DNA of 64,000 bases from Cyanidioschyzon merolae. Lineage: Eukaryota. Of this stretch, positions 45,601 to 56,342 are shown piece by piece. Position numbers and translations under genes: made by a program. The stretch is taken from assembly GCA_000091205.1 (NCBI GenBank), contig AP006489.2; one strand, given 5' to 3'. Numbering within the stretch: position 1 is the stretch's first letter; the number at the start of each line of letters is the position of its first letter. The notes under the pieces were generated by a model. That model saw only the letters and a program-made list of their open reading frames with translations, ran no database searches and had not been told where the DNA came from.

Positions 45601-46362
45601 AGGGCCTCGACTTTGCCATGCGGTTTCATTGTAGGGCGCTTGCCAAGCATCATCCGGTGAGGCACGATGTGCTACCTGCCCAGCTACCACGGACGACTTC
45701 AATGCAGCTCGTGGGCTCACTTGCCGCTCACTCACAGGTGTACCTGATGCGCGCTTCGTGGCCTGCAAGTCACTGGGCGGTGCATCTGCCAGACTTGCTC
45801 CGGCTGTCGCAGCGTTCGGACTTGCGTGGTCGGCGACCAGCGGTGCCTCGTCAGCGCTGCTTTTCACTGCCGACGCGCCCAGAGGTCGAGCACCAAGGAC
45901 ACGACGTTTTGGTCGCCGCAACGTGGACCCTGCGCCTTCTGGTTCCGCACTTACGGCCTTTGGAAGCTGGACAAGAGCCGGTACGATCGAAGCAGCTTGA
46001 CTCGAACCGTTCTCGTCGTCCGTGGTCGTAGCTGGCGATCGGTGCTCCCGCGGATACGTCTCTGTTTGCAGTTCCACTGGCCTTATGGGGTTCTTCGCTG
46101 GCTTGTTGGATCGAGTGAGGGCGTCACCCGCTCGAAGCGGTAGTACTACGCTACTCTGCAGAGAAGTTGCTTGCTTCATTGCTTTCGACACGGAAGCTTC
46201 CTCCGGGCTTTCCGTGTCATCCTCGTCTGCGACCTCGAGAGCTGCACGCGCATCCTCTAGTAACTCGCGAGCGGCTTCTGCGACCTTCTCGGCTCGTTTA
46301 CGTGCCTCAATGGCTCTGTTAAAAGCTTCCTGGCGGAGCGCTTGCCACATGAACAAGTGCAA
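42622..46362 (-). CDS. golgin-like protein: long disordered Ser/Ala/Pro-rich region, ~250-aa coiled coil, C-terminal GRIP domain
   Basis: Its C-terminal PFLRQLLLVFLLSEKANQRREALDLLLRMLQCTEAERSQAL matches the GRIP consensus (eYLKNVLLqFL...). It is preceded by LEQ/LEE heptad repeats and a Q9 tract. Confidence 0.7.
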   Translation of the reverse strand: MHLFMWQALRQEAFNRAIEARKRAEKVAEAARELLEDARAALEVADEDDTESPEEASVSKAMKQATSLQSSVVLPLRAGDALTRSNKPAKNPIRPVELQTETYPREHRSPATTTDDENGSSQAASIVPALVQLPKAVSAEPEGAGSTLRRPKRRVLGARPLGASAVKSSADEAPLVADHASPNAATAGASLADAPPSDLQATKRASGTPVSERQVSPRAALKSSVVAGQVAHRASPDDAWQAPYNETAWQSRGPEGDAQAAIDHSSGYRTAPGKHPDVQLKLKPADEHAVSDMERFMPLECKEAAQRAQGSAAIHAHLSTVQGQAPGNVFYFDSKAPPVSSETTHTFEQGGSSVKSVSPQQTETNTIARRQAQLANRPISDATAKGDPDLARHDETLQASMPTTDSITMMDSEQVFHTGTHADPIRSAKSSRAHGGSDQHPPEPSAPETGEALAIKIAAAGAGTRKSATPPVSPGAVLDEPPLIHTPSPLAVHEAQAAVSKEPLLTPSTLPSTVPEAAAASEAQEAQLDTEGSRDITAAIGESASVMSTETAAGHSEGSTRVAGSSSPRDARMLSSASPSEPEALRAPETRSMTPPTAAAAALDPAIDRASAAVAAVRLPGIGSASVAVESPAAATSSNARTVDLQAGSLASADEELSYLLPESSIPVAGPFFGNDSGSDRLEDSTMTREQVPQSPGVSSPPGQGSTTPSARVQSPVSGVASIASGGSSCDRLAAAEDSTAWITERRRAADGTLHSVPGSSRLTFESEMAFRTAAYVAETSAEHLRSAPETQRPRLEAASTAAQSDDRAISPPAGASEQHLSREESVEAATHTSERVQGSDVGTSPSAGHESERVIGHQDEIASIAARYAAAQKEAEHWAVRYEALHAEYILLQTEVEKLREHCLEQESNTESLEEALEQALEQLRIAKEEQEASRRAETSASTKMVDLQRSMASLEKRLLEFEERERRLTTALTAMQQSHEAALARNQEQHRTQLSEIERRLLRSELALQEKDTELSALRARLEQTEAELVAARAENAQLTDTLAECRATLEEAQTRVARLSQERNWWKMLMLRQRYRPLIDPVLGDSSSEHPVYFNAESGKRLALGEQGDGSVDTQQQQQQQQEPLVPELLDVDQVIESTAADEPVDRPFLRQLLLVFLLSEKANQRREALDLLLRMLQCTEAERSQALGRVWPRSNAVSLGREFVRFLLRETEPDPQRDTDTGNLETVPSNRAVSDDGSTAQR

Positions 46363-46857
46363 GTCACTGATCCAAGCAAAGCCCGAATACGAAAACAGCG
46401 CTTGACAAGCAGCACAGCGTCAAGGACAAAAAATCGGGCGTTACTGGAATGGACGTCCCTCGAAAACGTCTGTGTGCTGGACTGCAGCAACGTTGACGTC
46501 GAGTCGCCGGACTGGGTATGCAACGTCCGTGAATGTTGACGAAGACTTCATCTGGTTGATCTTGATAGACGACGATCAGTAAAGGTCGCGCAATAACTAT
46601 TGGAAAGAAGCGCTCTGGAGTGACCACGAACCGAACCTCGCAGTACGAGTGACGGGTTTTACAGTTGCGCCAGACGCTATACTTTTGCTACTCGTTGAAG
46701 GCCTGCTAGCGGATGCGAAAGGCGTCAGACATCCACTGCTCCTGTCCAGTGTTCGAAGACGACCGTGAGACGCACTATTATGCCTCAGTGCGAGTTGCAT
46801 ACCGCCGCTGTAAGCGTTCTGCTGGCGAAAGCGTGCTCGTCGAAACCTGTTGATCGT

Positions 46858-46890
<33 letters not shown>
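46858..46890. repeat. (GAT)11 microsatellite
   Basis: gatgatgatgatgatgatgatgatgatgatgatgg. Confidence 0.9.
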
Positions 46891-46895
<5 letters not shown>

Positions 46896-47130
46896 GCTCC
46901 GTCGGGGTAGGCTCCACTCGTCGCACGACCAGCGACCCCTGGTGTGTGGAGCTGTTCCGTTGGACAAAAGCCCTGAGCGGAAAAAGAGGCAAGCGAGCAC
47001 AAGGCCTGGCAAAACTTCTTCGAACCTTGAGGTTGTACGCAGATATCAGATTAAAAAGGAGCAGTGAACTGCTCGCATTCGTTCTGCCCGTCAATATTTC
47101 AGCGAATTGTTCAAAAGCATAGCCTCGAAA

Positions 47131-48317
47131 CTCCCAATCCATCCATAAGCGCTTATGGATGCATACGTCGTTCGAGGACCCCTGGTCTTTTTTTCGGAGT
47201 GGTTCGCTCACCGCTTTGCTGCCGGCACTCGTTTCGATACAGGAATCGAGGTGGTTCACGACAACCTCGAATACATATTCGTGAATTGGCCTGTATCCTC
47301 ATCCAATGCGAACGTGCAAGCCGCTGCTCTTCTGCATTCCGGAGGTATCGCATGCCGGAATCACGCATTTTCATGCCCGGAATCTTTCTGTATCGAGGCA
47401 GCGAATAAGTGCAGAAAATTCCCACCTTTACATGGGCACGAAAAGCATTTCGTCTTCGCCTGCTAGCGAATTCTGCACTGGTTCATGGCGAGTCATCACT
47501 GAATGTGTCACGTCCAACAATCCGCTGCGTTCGAATGGCCAATGGCCCTCTCGTTGTGGTGAACGACGCACTGGCATTCGACAGCATCTTGATACGTCTC
47601 ACAGGATGTGCTCGCGGGGACTCGCGTCTTTTCCTTTTGCATTTCGAACGGTCTTCGACTTGGACGTTCTCTTCGCAGCAATCGCTTCTAGTGGAGCGTG
47701 CGTCATCGCGTCGCACGATACAAGCAATGGCCAGCTCGATAGATGTCGATCTGTTTTCTTTCCTGGATTTTCATCGCAGTATTTGTTCCATCACGAACAT
47801 TACCGAGTTCCACAAATACTTTATCGAATGGAACAGTGTGCACTTGCATTTGCAGCAGAGAGCGTACGTGCCGAGAGCATCATCTGCAAGTAGCCCGTGC
47901 GTATAGGGTACGGTATCGGGCACGCAAACCGAGACAGGTATAGACAATGCCCTTCTATACCCGTCAGTAACGTGTAACAATCGATGAAGCAAGCGCTCAC
48001 AATCGACAGCATGGCTCCCCGGAGTGGCAGCATGGTGTACGCGTGCGAACATTCGACCGCAGTCGGCTGGCACCGTCGCATACGGCAAACCTCTTTCGCA
48101 TACGCAGCAGATGAGCATACCAAGCGAAAAGTAGACCGCAACGCCGACCTACGCATCCAGTGCGTCCCCCGAAGCCGGAAGCAGCCAAATACTGACTCTA
48201 ATGTTGCCGGCAACATCCTTCACCAGCTGACAAAGAAGCCGGAAGGACCAGAGCGTCCAGCGTACTACACTCCAGAGGTAAAAGAGATGACTCTGAACCA
48301 GTCACAGAAAAAAAGCC
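47131..48317 (+). repeat. 1,187-bp dispersed repeat, copy 1 (direct repeat; left boundary of the nitrate-assimilation block). Family unknown; could be a solo LTR or a non-autonomous element.
   Basis: About 99% identical to 59673-60857 in the same orientation. Starts tcccaatccatccataagcgcttatgg (contains a 16-bp palindrome ccataagcgcttatgg) and ends ...cagtcacagaaaaaa(a)gcc. The internal ORFs are not protein-like. Confidence 0.9.
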
Positions 48318-49584
48318 CGCAGAGGCTGGTGTTATTGACAATAGCCAGAGATGCCTTCGTTAAGCTGTACGCGGATATTGGCAAGGCTTTTCTTTCTCGT
48401 CATGACATTGTCACGTGTATACCATAATGTATTCCTTGCTACAAGCTTTGCGCAGCGCATTCGCGGAAGGTGCGCTTCGTTCCAGCGAAGAACGCACGAA
48501 TCGCACGGGAGTCCCGCAGAATTCCGAAAGCCGTCCCTAACCTCAGCACAGACATTCAGGTGCTCTGACGGCGCTGCAATGCACCATGTATCCCATTGAT
48601 GCCACCCGGTTCGGACTGGGGCGTGATCCCTCCCACGATTCACCTGGTGTAGTGCTTACCCCAGACGCTTGCTCTGGCGACGTGCAAGTGTCCCATGGAG
48701 GCGTGAACGCTCGTCACGGCCTTTACTGACATCGGCTCGCTGTCACAAGGACTGATGCGCTCTGCTTGGTGCTGTCCGGATCCAACAAGCAGATCCACTT
48801 TCTTAAAGACGTACGAGAGATGAATGCAGCGGGGCATTCAGAGAGGCACCAATATCACCGCTTGACGAGGCATCAGTCTGGACGCTGCCCCAGGGGATGC
48901 TACGTGCTGCCACACAGATTGCAGCGTAGGCGTCCATAGGCAGCGTCGCTTGCGAAGCGATCGATGTCGGGCATACATAAACGCTCGAGAGAAAAAAACA
49001 AATCGGTTCCCGCCATCTTCGCATGGAGCGGCGAGATGTCGTCAAGCAAAGTTCATGGAACGATTTTCCAGCCAACGTAACATCGATTACCAGCTCACGA
49101 ACCGAAAAGCGATCCTTGATATGCGCAAAGTTTGCCAAGAAGGTCAGGATGTATCTTGGCACACATTTCGGTGTATGTTGTTATGAAAAGGAAAATGTAT
49201 TTTCCTGCGCTTTTTAGTTATTTCCTCGTCACTTCGGAACATGGATATGTCGATTACGAATGCGTATGCACCCATAACCAATGAATGGCAAGACGCGTTG
49301 CAGAGAGAATCACCCGAACCCTGGAGAACCCAGGTGCACATGCCTGCGTCCAATCATCGGTCGACCGGGCACGTGCTGGATGCATTGCCCTCTCGATCGC
49401 GCTTGTACCGTCAGTTGCCTGAAGTCTATCTGATGCATGCTCCGAGGTGGCGAACCACCATCTCTTGCAGTGCATGGTGCAGCATGACGACTGCCTTGCA
49501 AAGTTAGCCGTACCACCGCATGCATATATCCTGCACATCCACATGTGCCACGTAGACTCATTCACGAAGCTCTATCTCGGATGC

Positions 49585-51291
49585 CTACGGCTTCTGAGCT
49601 GGATGCACGTCCGAAACGTGTTCCGCCTCAGGGCGTGTGCCACGATCAAGAGCACTTGTCGTTTCCACCGGTTCAATCGAGTCGCGCATGACGCTCTGCA
49701 GTGCGCCAGTATTCATGGGTTCGCCTATCGCTACGATCGGCGACATAGCCTTGTCGTCTGGCGGCTGCTCCGAGACACCAAGATCGTCCTTTTGGAGACT
49801 CAAGCGATTCAGCGCACGCAATTCTGCATCAGATATTCCAATGGTCGTCACTTTCACGGGGAGTGGCCAAAGCAACAGAAACGACAAGACTGAGATACCC
49901 AGCACGACAAAGGAGATTAGGCGAACCGCATCCGGATCGCTCATGTGGCTAAACACAAGACTGAGGGTGACGCCGCCAGTATTCCCGCCCGCACCAACGA
50001 TACCACCCACGGACCCGGTCGCGATCGGATCCACGAAGGGGACGATCGCGAAAACTGCGCCGCATGACGCCTGCGTGAAAAGGGAAAAAAGAATCAAAGT
50101 GGGTATTGCTGCACCGATGGTCGTCATCCGGGAGAAAACCAAGCAGAATACACCCTCGAGAACCAGGTTCGCGAACAACCAGAGCACACGTCCGCGCATG
50201 CTGTAGCGACGCGCAATCAGATCCGAGCCAATACCGCCAACAGCCCGCGCAAACAGGTTCATTAGTCCAAAGAGACCTGCCGCAACACCGGCTATCGATT
50301 GATCAAGGTTGAAGACTTTGTTGAAGTAAGTAGCCAGCACGTTATCCATGGTCAGCTCAACACCGAAAGAAGACGCATACAGGCAGAACAGCACATACGT
50401 TCGCGGATTTCTTGCTGCTCGCGCAAAAGCCTCGAGTGCTGAAATCGGGCGCAAGTTCCCGATTCGATAGAGATTCTTGTAGTCACCGTCTGGGCAGTCG
50501 TCGGAGAAGAAGAACAAGACCACGGCCCAGATCAGGGCCATGGTACCAGGGATCACCATCACGACTCGCCAGGCTTTTTCCTCGTCCAAACCGAAGACCT
50601 TCATCAAGTTATAGAACTGCGGCATAAGCGCATTGGTGGCGCCACCGCCCGCATTGCCCCATCCCGCTGCAACCGCATTCGCTGTTCCAATGATATTCCT
50701 CGAGAACATCAGCGCACACCAGTACTCAGTTACAACGAAGGTTGCACCAAGACCGCCGATGAAAAAACGTGCTGTGGCGAATGATGCAAAATTATACACC
50801 GTTCCGAACAGATACACCGGGATTGAGAACACCGCCAGCAGGAGCGCCTGAACACGTCGTGGCCCGAAGCGGTCCACCAGGGCACCAGTCACCATGCGCA
50901 TGAACACTGTACCTGAAAGCGCAATCGCATTCGAGTGCGCTTTGTTCGCTTTGGTCAAGTCCAATGCTTTGTCCGAGGAAATACTCGGTAAAAGCGCTGG
51001 TACCGCAAACCAACCGAAAAACGCGATGAAAAAGGATGACCATGCAAAGAAAAAGGCCCGCATATGCGGACGGTCGAAGCGCCACGGCTCCAGGCGCCTT
51101 GCCCGGTGTAGGGCATCGACTGGCAAACGGTACGAATACAGCGGAGCCGCCACCGACTCCACTTCAAGGTCTTTCCATTCTTTACTGTTCGGACGCGAAG
51201 GCCCCAGAGATGAGTCGAGGGTGTCGTCTCGGAGGAGGATCTCTTTCTCGTCCAACGCTGTAGGGACAGGTTGGCCAGCTCCCTCCGCCAT
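49585..51291 (-). CDS. NRT2: high-affinity nitrate/nitrite transporter, NNP/NRT2 family (MFS)
   Basis: 568 aa with 12 predicted TM segments. NNP signature AGWGNAGGG and GGLGATFVVTEYW are present. The N- and C-terminal tails are hydrophilic. Confidence 0.9.
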   Translation of the reverse strand: MAEGAGQPVPTALDEKEILLRDDTLDSSLGPSRPNSKEWKDLEVESVAAPLYSYRLPVDALHRARRLEPWRFDRPHMRAFFFAWSSFFIAFFGWFAVPALLPSISSDKALDLTKANKAHSNAIALSGTVFMRMVTGALVDRFGPRRVQALLLAVFSIPVYLFGTVYNFASFATARFFIGGLGATFVVTEYWCALMFSRNIIGTANAVAAGWGNAGGGATNALMPQFYNLMKVFGLDEEKAWRVVMVIPGTMALIWAVVLFFFSDDCPDGDYKNLYRIGNLRPISALEAFARAARNPRTYVLFCLYASSFGVELTMDNVLATYFNKVFNLDQSIAGVAAGLFGLMNLFARAVGGIGSDLIARRYSMRGRVLWLFANLVLEGVFCLVFSRMTTIGAAIPTLILFSLFTQASCGAVFAIVPFVDPIATGSVGGIVGAGGNTGGVTLSLVFSHMSDPDAVRLISFVVLGISVLSFLLLWPLPVKVTTIGISDAELRALNRLSLQKDDLGVSEQPPDDKAMSPIVAIGEPMNTGALQSVMRDSIEPVETTSALDRGTRPEAEHVSDVHPAQKP

Positions 51292-51439
51292 GCCGGAGTG
51301 GTCAGGACAGCGGTTTTGTGCTCAACACTTAAGTACGTTATGTATGTCGGGGAAACGCACCAAGCGTCAACTCCCCTTCCGCTGACAAGTTGTGGCAGAC
51401 ACAAAGTGCCTCTCAACTGAATGCCAAACACGAATACAA

Positions 51440-51525
51440 CGTGTGGCGCACGCATGCACCATCATGCGTGCATCGCCGTGCGCACGCATGCGATAGGTCG
51501 ATGGCGCGCGCGCGCGCGCCGCTGC
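51440..51525. promoter_or_regulatory. candidate cis-element cluster in the divergent NRT2-NR promoter: three CACGCATG(C) cores (51449-51456 +, 51463-51470 inverted, 51483-51490 +) forming a 9-bp inverted repeat, followed by a (GC)9 tract (51503-51520)
   Basis: Read directly: gtggcgcacgcatgcaccatcatgcgtgcatcgccgtgcgcacgcatgcgataggtcgatggcgcgcgcgcgcgcgcc. It lies ~150 bp upstream of the NRT2 ATG (51291) and ~650-750 bp upstream of the NR ATG. Confidence 0.4.
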
Positions 51526-52163
51526 AACCGAATCGTTGACCGTTGAACGAATACGGAGGCGTACGCCAACGCCAACAACGCATCACGCCCACACGTGCTG
51601 GACACACGATGCCGATCCCGAAATACGACGCCGCTACGCTCCTGGACGTGGCGCCAACGAACGGCTCAACAGATTCGTGACAGGAGCAACAAGAACAACA
51701 ACAGTGACATCGCGAACGTGTTTCCTAGTTCGCGTAAAAGGCAAACGTGCAGCTGTACACCAGCGTTAGAAACTGGTTGGTGAGTTTTGAGGGGCACTTT
51801 TGAGTTGCAAGCGTTTGGAGGGTTTTTTAGAATTGTGGAGTTTGCTAGTTGTTGGTTGTAGTTGCCGTTCACGGAGCTAGGGTGCGAACACGACTTGAGG
51901 GCGTGGGGTGCTCGCCAGCACTCCGTTGTCACCGTGAAAATTCTGCAAGACTGCTCGGACGTGTTTTATTAGCTCTGAGTTCTATCGTCTGTGCAATTGT
52001 GATTTTTTTTGTTAGTGAACAACGAAGAAGAAGGTGGAAAACGAGTCGAGCAATCTAGCCGAAACGTGTGACCTCGCTCTGGGACGCGAATCTTGTTCGC
52101 TGAAACGCCCTATCGTCGAAAGACTGGAACCAAGAAGAATTCAAACGAAGCTGAAGGCCGCGA

Positions 52164-55109
52164 TTGTATGCTCGCTCGTGTCGACTCTTCAGTCAGTACC
52201 CCAATTGTGGATACCTTGCAAGGTCTCGGGACTGTCTATTCACGTACCACACGATGCACACTGTACCGGAGGGCTGCAGCTCCCCGCGTGCCGATGAGCA
52301 GACTAAGCTGATGCGCCAACAACCGCATGAGAACGGCACCAAACCGGCGATATTGTCGGAAGCGAGCGCGCTGCTCGCTGCAATGAGGCACTGGGAGGAG
52401 CAGCTCGCGCAGCGCCAGCTCCCCATCGACAAGCGAGATCAAAACACACCCGACGACTGGGTGCCTCGTCATCAGGCGATGGTGCGTCTCACGGGGAGGC
52501 ACCCGTTCAATGCCGAGCCGCCACTATGTTTGCTAGATCAGGATCTCACGAGCCAGGAACTTCACTATGTACGGAACCATGGAGCAGTCCCGCATCTGAC
52601 CCTGGGCACGCACCGCATTCATATCAGTGGCCTGGTAGAACGTCCGGGCGCGTTTTCTGTAGAGGAACTGCTCGCGCTGGGGGAGCTCGTCACGATCCCT
52701 GTGACCCTCGTGTGCGCTGGCAACCGGCGCAAGGAACTCAATCAAATACGCCAAAGCATTGGTTTCCACTGGGGTGCAGGCGGCGCCTCCACGTCCTTCT
52801 GGACAGGGGTACGTTTGGCGGACGTCCTCCGTCACTGCCAAGTCTGTGAATCTCCGAAAGCCCGTTATGTATGCTTCACTGGTGCTGATGAGCCAGCGAA
52901 AGGTCCGTACGGTACTAGTATACCGCTCGCGATGGCGCTGGATCCGCACGCTGACGTACTCCTAGCGGTTGCTCAGAATGGAGCGCCTCTACATCCGGAC
53001 CATGGGTATCCTGTTCGACTTTTGGTGCCAGGATGGATTGGCGGGCGCATGGTCAAGTGGCTGTCCCATGTTGAGGTTTCAGACCGCGAATCGCAGAACC
53101 ATTACCATTTTTTTGATAATCGCATCATGCCCCCACACGTGGATAAGGAGCGCGCCGACTCGGAGAAATGGTGGTATCGCCCCGAGTACCTTTTCAACGA
53201 GCTGAATATCAACTCGGCGGTAGTGCGCCCGCTGCACGATGAATTGCTTCCGCTGCACCATGCGAGCGAGCAGCATTCCTATCGTATCGAAGGCTACGCC
53301 TACAGCGGCGGTGGCAGACCCGTCACGCGTGTGGAGATCACTTTCGATGACGGTCAGCTTTGGAATCTGTGCGAGCTGCGGCATCCTTTTGAGCCGAACG
53401 CAGCCGGACGGCAATGGGCCTGGAGTCGCTTCAGCTTCAATGCATCACTCGTGCATTTGCTGTGTTGCACCGAGTTTGCAGTCAGGGCCTGGGATAGCAG
53501 CAACAATACACAGCCGCATCGCTGGACCTGGAACGTCATGGGTATGGGCAATAATGCGTGGTACCGCGTGCGCGTCTCACCGGTACCCGATCCCGGCACC
53601 GGACGTATTTCGCTGCGTTTCGAGCATCCTACAGTGCCGGGGCCGACGGCTGGCGGCTGGATGGGTTCCAGTACTGTCCCAGGAGCGTCGCACTCGGGGC
53701 AGCAACCAGCTGTGCCTGCACCAGCAACAGAACATGCACTGCGAGACGCCCCGGAGGCGAAGCGCGACATCGCCCAAATGGCTGAGCGGGTGCAGATGCC
53801 ACCTGTGCCGAACGCAGTTGGCAGCACGGTGCATGGCTCCAATGTGTACCAACAAATGATGCGCAAAAAGACCGCGGAAAAGCTCCAGCAGGCGCAACAA
53901 CGCCTCTATACAAGCGCCCAAGTTGAGCGGCACCAGAGTGAGACCGATCTTTGGATCGTAGTGCGCGGTCGTGTCTACGACGTGACGCGCTATCTGAACG
54001 AGCACCCCGGTGGCAAGGCGGCGATCATGATGAATGCCGGACAGGATTGTACCGAAGACTTTGAGGCCATTCACTCCGAGAAAGCCTGGAAGTTGCTGGA
54101 TGACTTTTACATCGGAGAATTGGCTCCTGCTGGGTCATCCGCAGATGCGTCGCTCTCGTCGTCGCCTCATCTGGCGTATACGGACTCGTCGACGGATCTG
54201 CTGCGGGAGCAGTTCTCCAGAGACGCAGTCATTCACGCCGATGCCGCTGACGGCGCCTGTACCGAGAGTATCGATGGATGCCGCCCGGCATTAGACCCAA
54301 AGAAATGGAAGGACTTTGTGCTCGCCAGCAAGTCGTATATCACGAAGAACACGGTGCGACTGCGCTTTGCTCTACCTGATGTCAACCAAGTGCTGGGTCT
54401 GCCTACAGGGAATCATTTGCTCATTCGGGCGCGAATTGAGAACAAGAATGTCGCACGGGCGTACACACCGACGAGTCTCGGCCACGAAGCCGGCTTCTTC
54501 GAGCTTGTGATCAAAGTGTACCGCGCGGGCGCGCATCCTTCATACCCGTCTGGCGGGAAAATGTCGCAGTATCTGGAACTGCTTCGTATTGGAGACACGG
54601 TGCAGGTCAAGGGCCCACTTGGGCACTTTAGCTACGTCGGACTTGGCGCGTACATGTTACATGGACGAGCTGGAAGGGCGCGGCGGTTCGCTTTTCTTTG
54701 TGCAGGCAGTGGCATCACGCCAGCGTTCCAGGTGATGAAAGCAATCCAGGTTGAGCTTCAAGAGCATGCGAAACAGTCATCTACACCGTTTCTGGATGCT
54801 ATATACCTGGTCTACGCGAATCGAAACGAGGACGAGATTCTGCTCTTCCAGGAACTCGAAGCATGGCGCCAGTGCGATGCGCGCTTTCAGTTCTGCTACG
54901 TACTGAGTCAACCGTCGGAAGCCATTTCCAAAACGTTTCCGGAGGCTGTCGTTGGCCACGTGAATCAGGAGCTGCTGGCAGCCCGTCTACCGGGGCCACG
55001 TAGTGATCTTATTATCGGCATTTGTGGTCCAGCGGGATTTCAGGATGATGCGTGCATTCCGGCACTGAAAGCTCTGGGATATACTTCGGAACAGTTTTTT
55101 ACGTTCTAA
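52164..55109 (+). CDS. NIA: assimilatory NAD(P)H nitrate reductase (Mo-cofactor/sulfite-oxidase fold, dimerisation, cytochrome b5, FAD/NAD(P)H reductase domains)
   Basis: Mo domain: WVPRHQAMVRLTGRHPFNAEPP ... HYVRNHGAVP ... CAGNRRKE. b5 domain: LWIVVRGRVYDVTRYLNEHPGG. Reductase domain: RAYTPTS ... GKMSQYLE ... GSGITP ... GPAGF. Intronless; the likely start is the Met at 52251. Confidence 0.92.
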   Translation: MYARSCRLFSQYPNCGYLARSRDCLFTYHTMHTVPEGCSSPRADEQTKLMRQQPHENGTKPAILSEASALLAAMRHWEEQLAQRQLPIDKRDQNTPDDWVPRHQAMVRLTGRHPFNAEPPLCLLDQDLTSQELHYVRNHGAVPHLTLGTHRIHISGLVERPGAFSVEELLALGELVTIPVTLVCAGNRRKELNQIRQSIGFHWGAGGASTSFWTGVRLADVLRHCQVCESPKARYVCFTGADEPAKGPYGTSIPLAMALDPHADVLLAVAQNGAPLHPDHGYPVRLLVPGWIGGRMVKWLSHVEVSDRESQNHYHFFDNRIMPPHVDKERADSEKWWYRPEYLFNELNINSAVVRPLHDELLPLHHASEQHSYRIEGYAYSGGGRPVTRVEITFDDGQLWNLCELRHPFEPNAAGRQWAWSRFSFNASLVHLLCCTEFAVRAWDSSNNTQPHRWTWNVMGMGNNAWYRVRVSPVPDPGTGRISLRFEHPTVPGPTAGGWMGSSTVPGASHSGQQPAVPAPATEHALRDAPEAKRDIAQMAERVQMPPVPNAVGSTVHGSNVYQQMMRKKTAEKLQQAQQRLYTSAQVERHQSETDLWIVVRGRVYDVTRYLNEHPGGKAAIMMNAGQDCTEDFEAIHSEKAWKLLDDFYIGELAPAGSSADASLSSSPHLAYTDSSTDLLREQFSRDAVIHADAADGACTESIDGCRPALDPKKWKDFVLASKSYITKNTVRLRFALPDVNQVLGLPTGNHLLIRARIENKNVARAYTPTSLGHEAGFFELVIKVYRAGAHPSYPSGGKMSQYLELLRIGDTVQVKGPLGHFSYVGLGAYMLHGRAGRARRFAFLCAGSGITPAFQVMKAIQVELQEHAKQSSTPFLDAIYLVYANRNEDEILLFQELEAWRQCDARFQFCYVLSQPSEAISKTFPEAVVGHVNQELLAARLPGPRSDLIIGICGPAGFQDDACIPALKALGYTSEQFFTF

Positions 55110-56342
55110 AGCCGTTTGTTTGCGATTTTTTTCTCCCAGTGATAAGCAGAAGACTTCGATGCAGTCTCGTCGCAGTGCTTGTCATACAAGCCAATACCGC
55201 GCTGCTCGCACCAGACGTGCACCCGCAACCTTCCTCTGAGTCTACGCAGTTCGCACGCTTTACCCCAAGGTGGAAAGCGCGTCAGCCAGCGCACCGGATT
55301 CGTGCATGCTGGCCATGCGATGCCATACGCAACGCGCCCGAGCCAATGAACAGCCGACGACCGCACTCGCTGCCCAGGCACGCGTTCCTCCGTGCCCCTG
55401 GACCGCTCAGCAGCACTGGCGCTCCAGGCGGGTCCCAGAGCTTCGAACGAGCACCTACGCCGCGACCGATGCCATACGAATTGTGCAAGAGGCGTGCACC
55501 TACCAAAGTGAATCTGTATTTCCTGGAAAGCGCACGACGGCCCCATGATGGGCCATACGCTTGAAGACCGCACAAAAAATTCGGAATCTCTGCGACGTCC
55601 TGATCTCTCTCTGACGCGAAGCGCCGGCATCGCACACCGCGGAACCCGGCAAATCGTGTGGCGGCGGTAGCGCCCGGCAGCGCATCGTCAAACCGGCGAT
55701 GATCAGCATATGGCATGCCAATCAGCGACAATAATGGATCATTTAGTTCCAAAAATTACAAACTTACCATCGCTCGGTAGATCGCCGAGTCGCATGTACA
55801 TTGCGGACGATGCGCAGCCGCCGTGCGTGCAGCGACCACCTGAACGGATGGCGCAGCTGATCGACTCGCGGTGACCCGCAGCGTTCGCCGTCTCAGATTC
55901 GGAACGGAAACGGATCGGATACCGATGGACTCGGGCGTCTCTATTGCCCAAAGCTTGCCTGCGCTGCGACCATATAGCGTCGCAGCAAGAAGCGAAAACT
56001 GAGCCTCATGGCACCGACCAAGTGCTGTGTCTTTCGCTGCTGCGCGCGAGCTGTGTTTGGGCGTAGCACTGCCTAGTGTCGGCGATTTGGCTATTCCCTG
56101 GTGCTAGCGCGCTGACACAAATGAGGTGCTCTGAATTTTTACGGTCACTGAAAAAGACGGCAGATAGCCCCTTGGTCGGCGCTTCGGTTTTAACAAGACT
56201 GCCAGGAGCCCGCGGCAACTCTGACATCAGCCTCTGCTATCGGTTCCCGCCTCATAGGCTGCACCCTTGAGGAATTCGTTCCAGCACGCACCCTGATCGC
56301 GTGCTTACCCGAGAATGCTGTTCATGGATTCGCCAGCAGCAG

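Noticed and set aside
47306-47906. ORFs of 165-195 aa inside both copies of the 1.19-kb direct repeat (also 59847-60447)
   Set aside because: Identical in the two copies but not protein-like: overlapping frames, no recognisable motifs, Cys/Arg/Ser-rich. I treat the repeat as non-coding.
55106-56340. Arg-rich ORFs (55106-55630 -, 55282-55752 -, 55052-55564 +) in the 1.2-kb convergent spacer between NR and the reductase gene
   Set aside because: They are mutually overlapping with extreme Arg/Ser/Ala composition and no motifs. This is probably a 3'-UTR/terminator region for both genes, though a small unannotated gene cannot be excluded.
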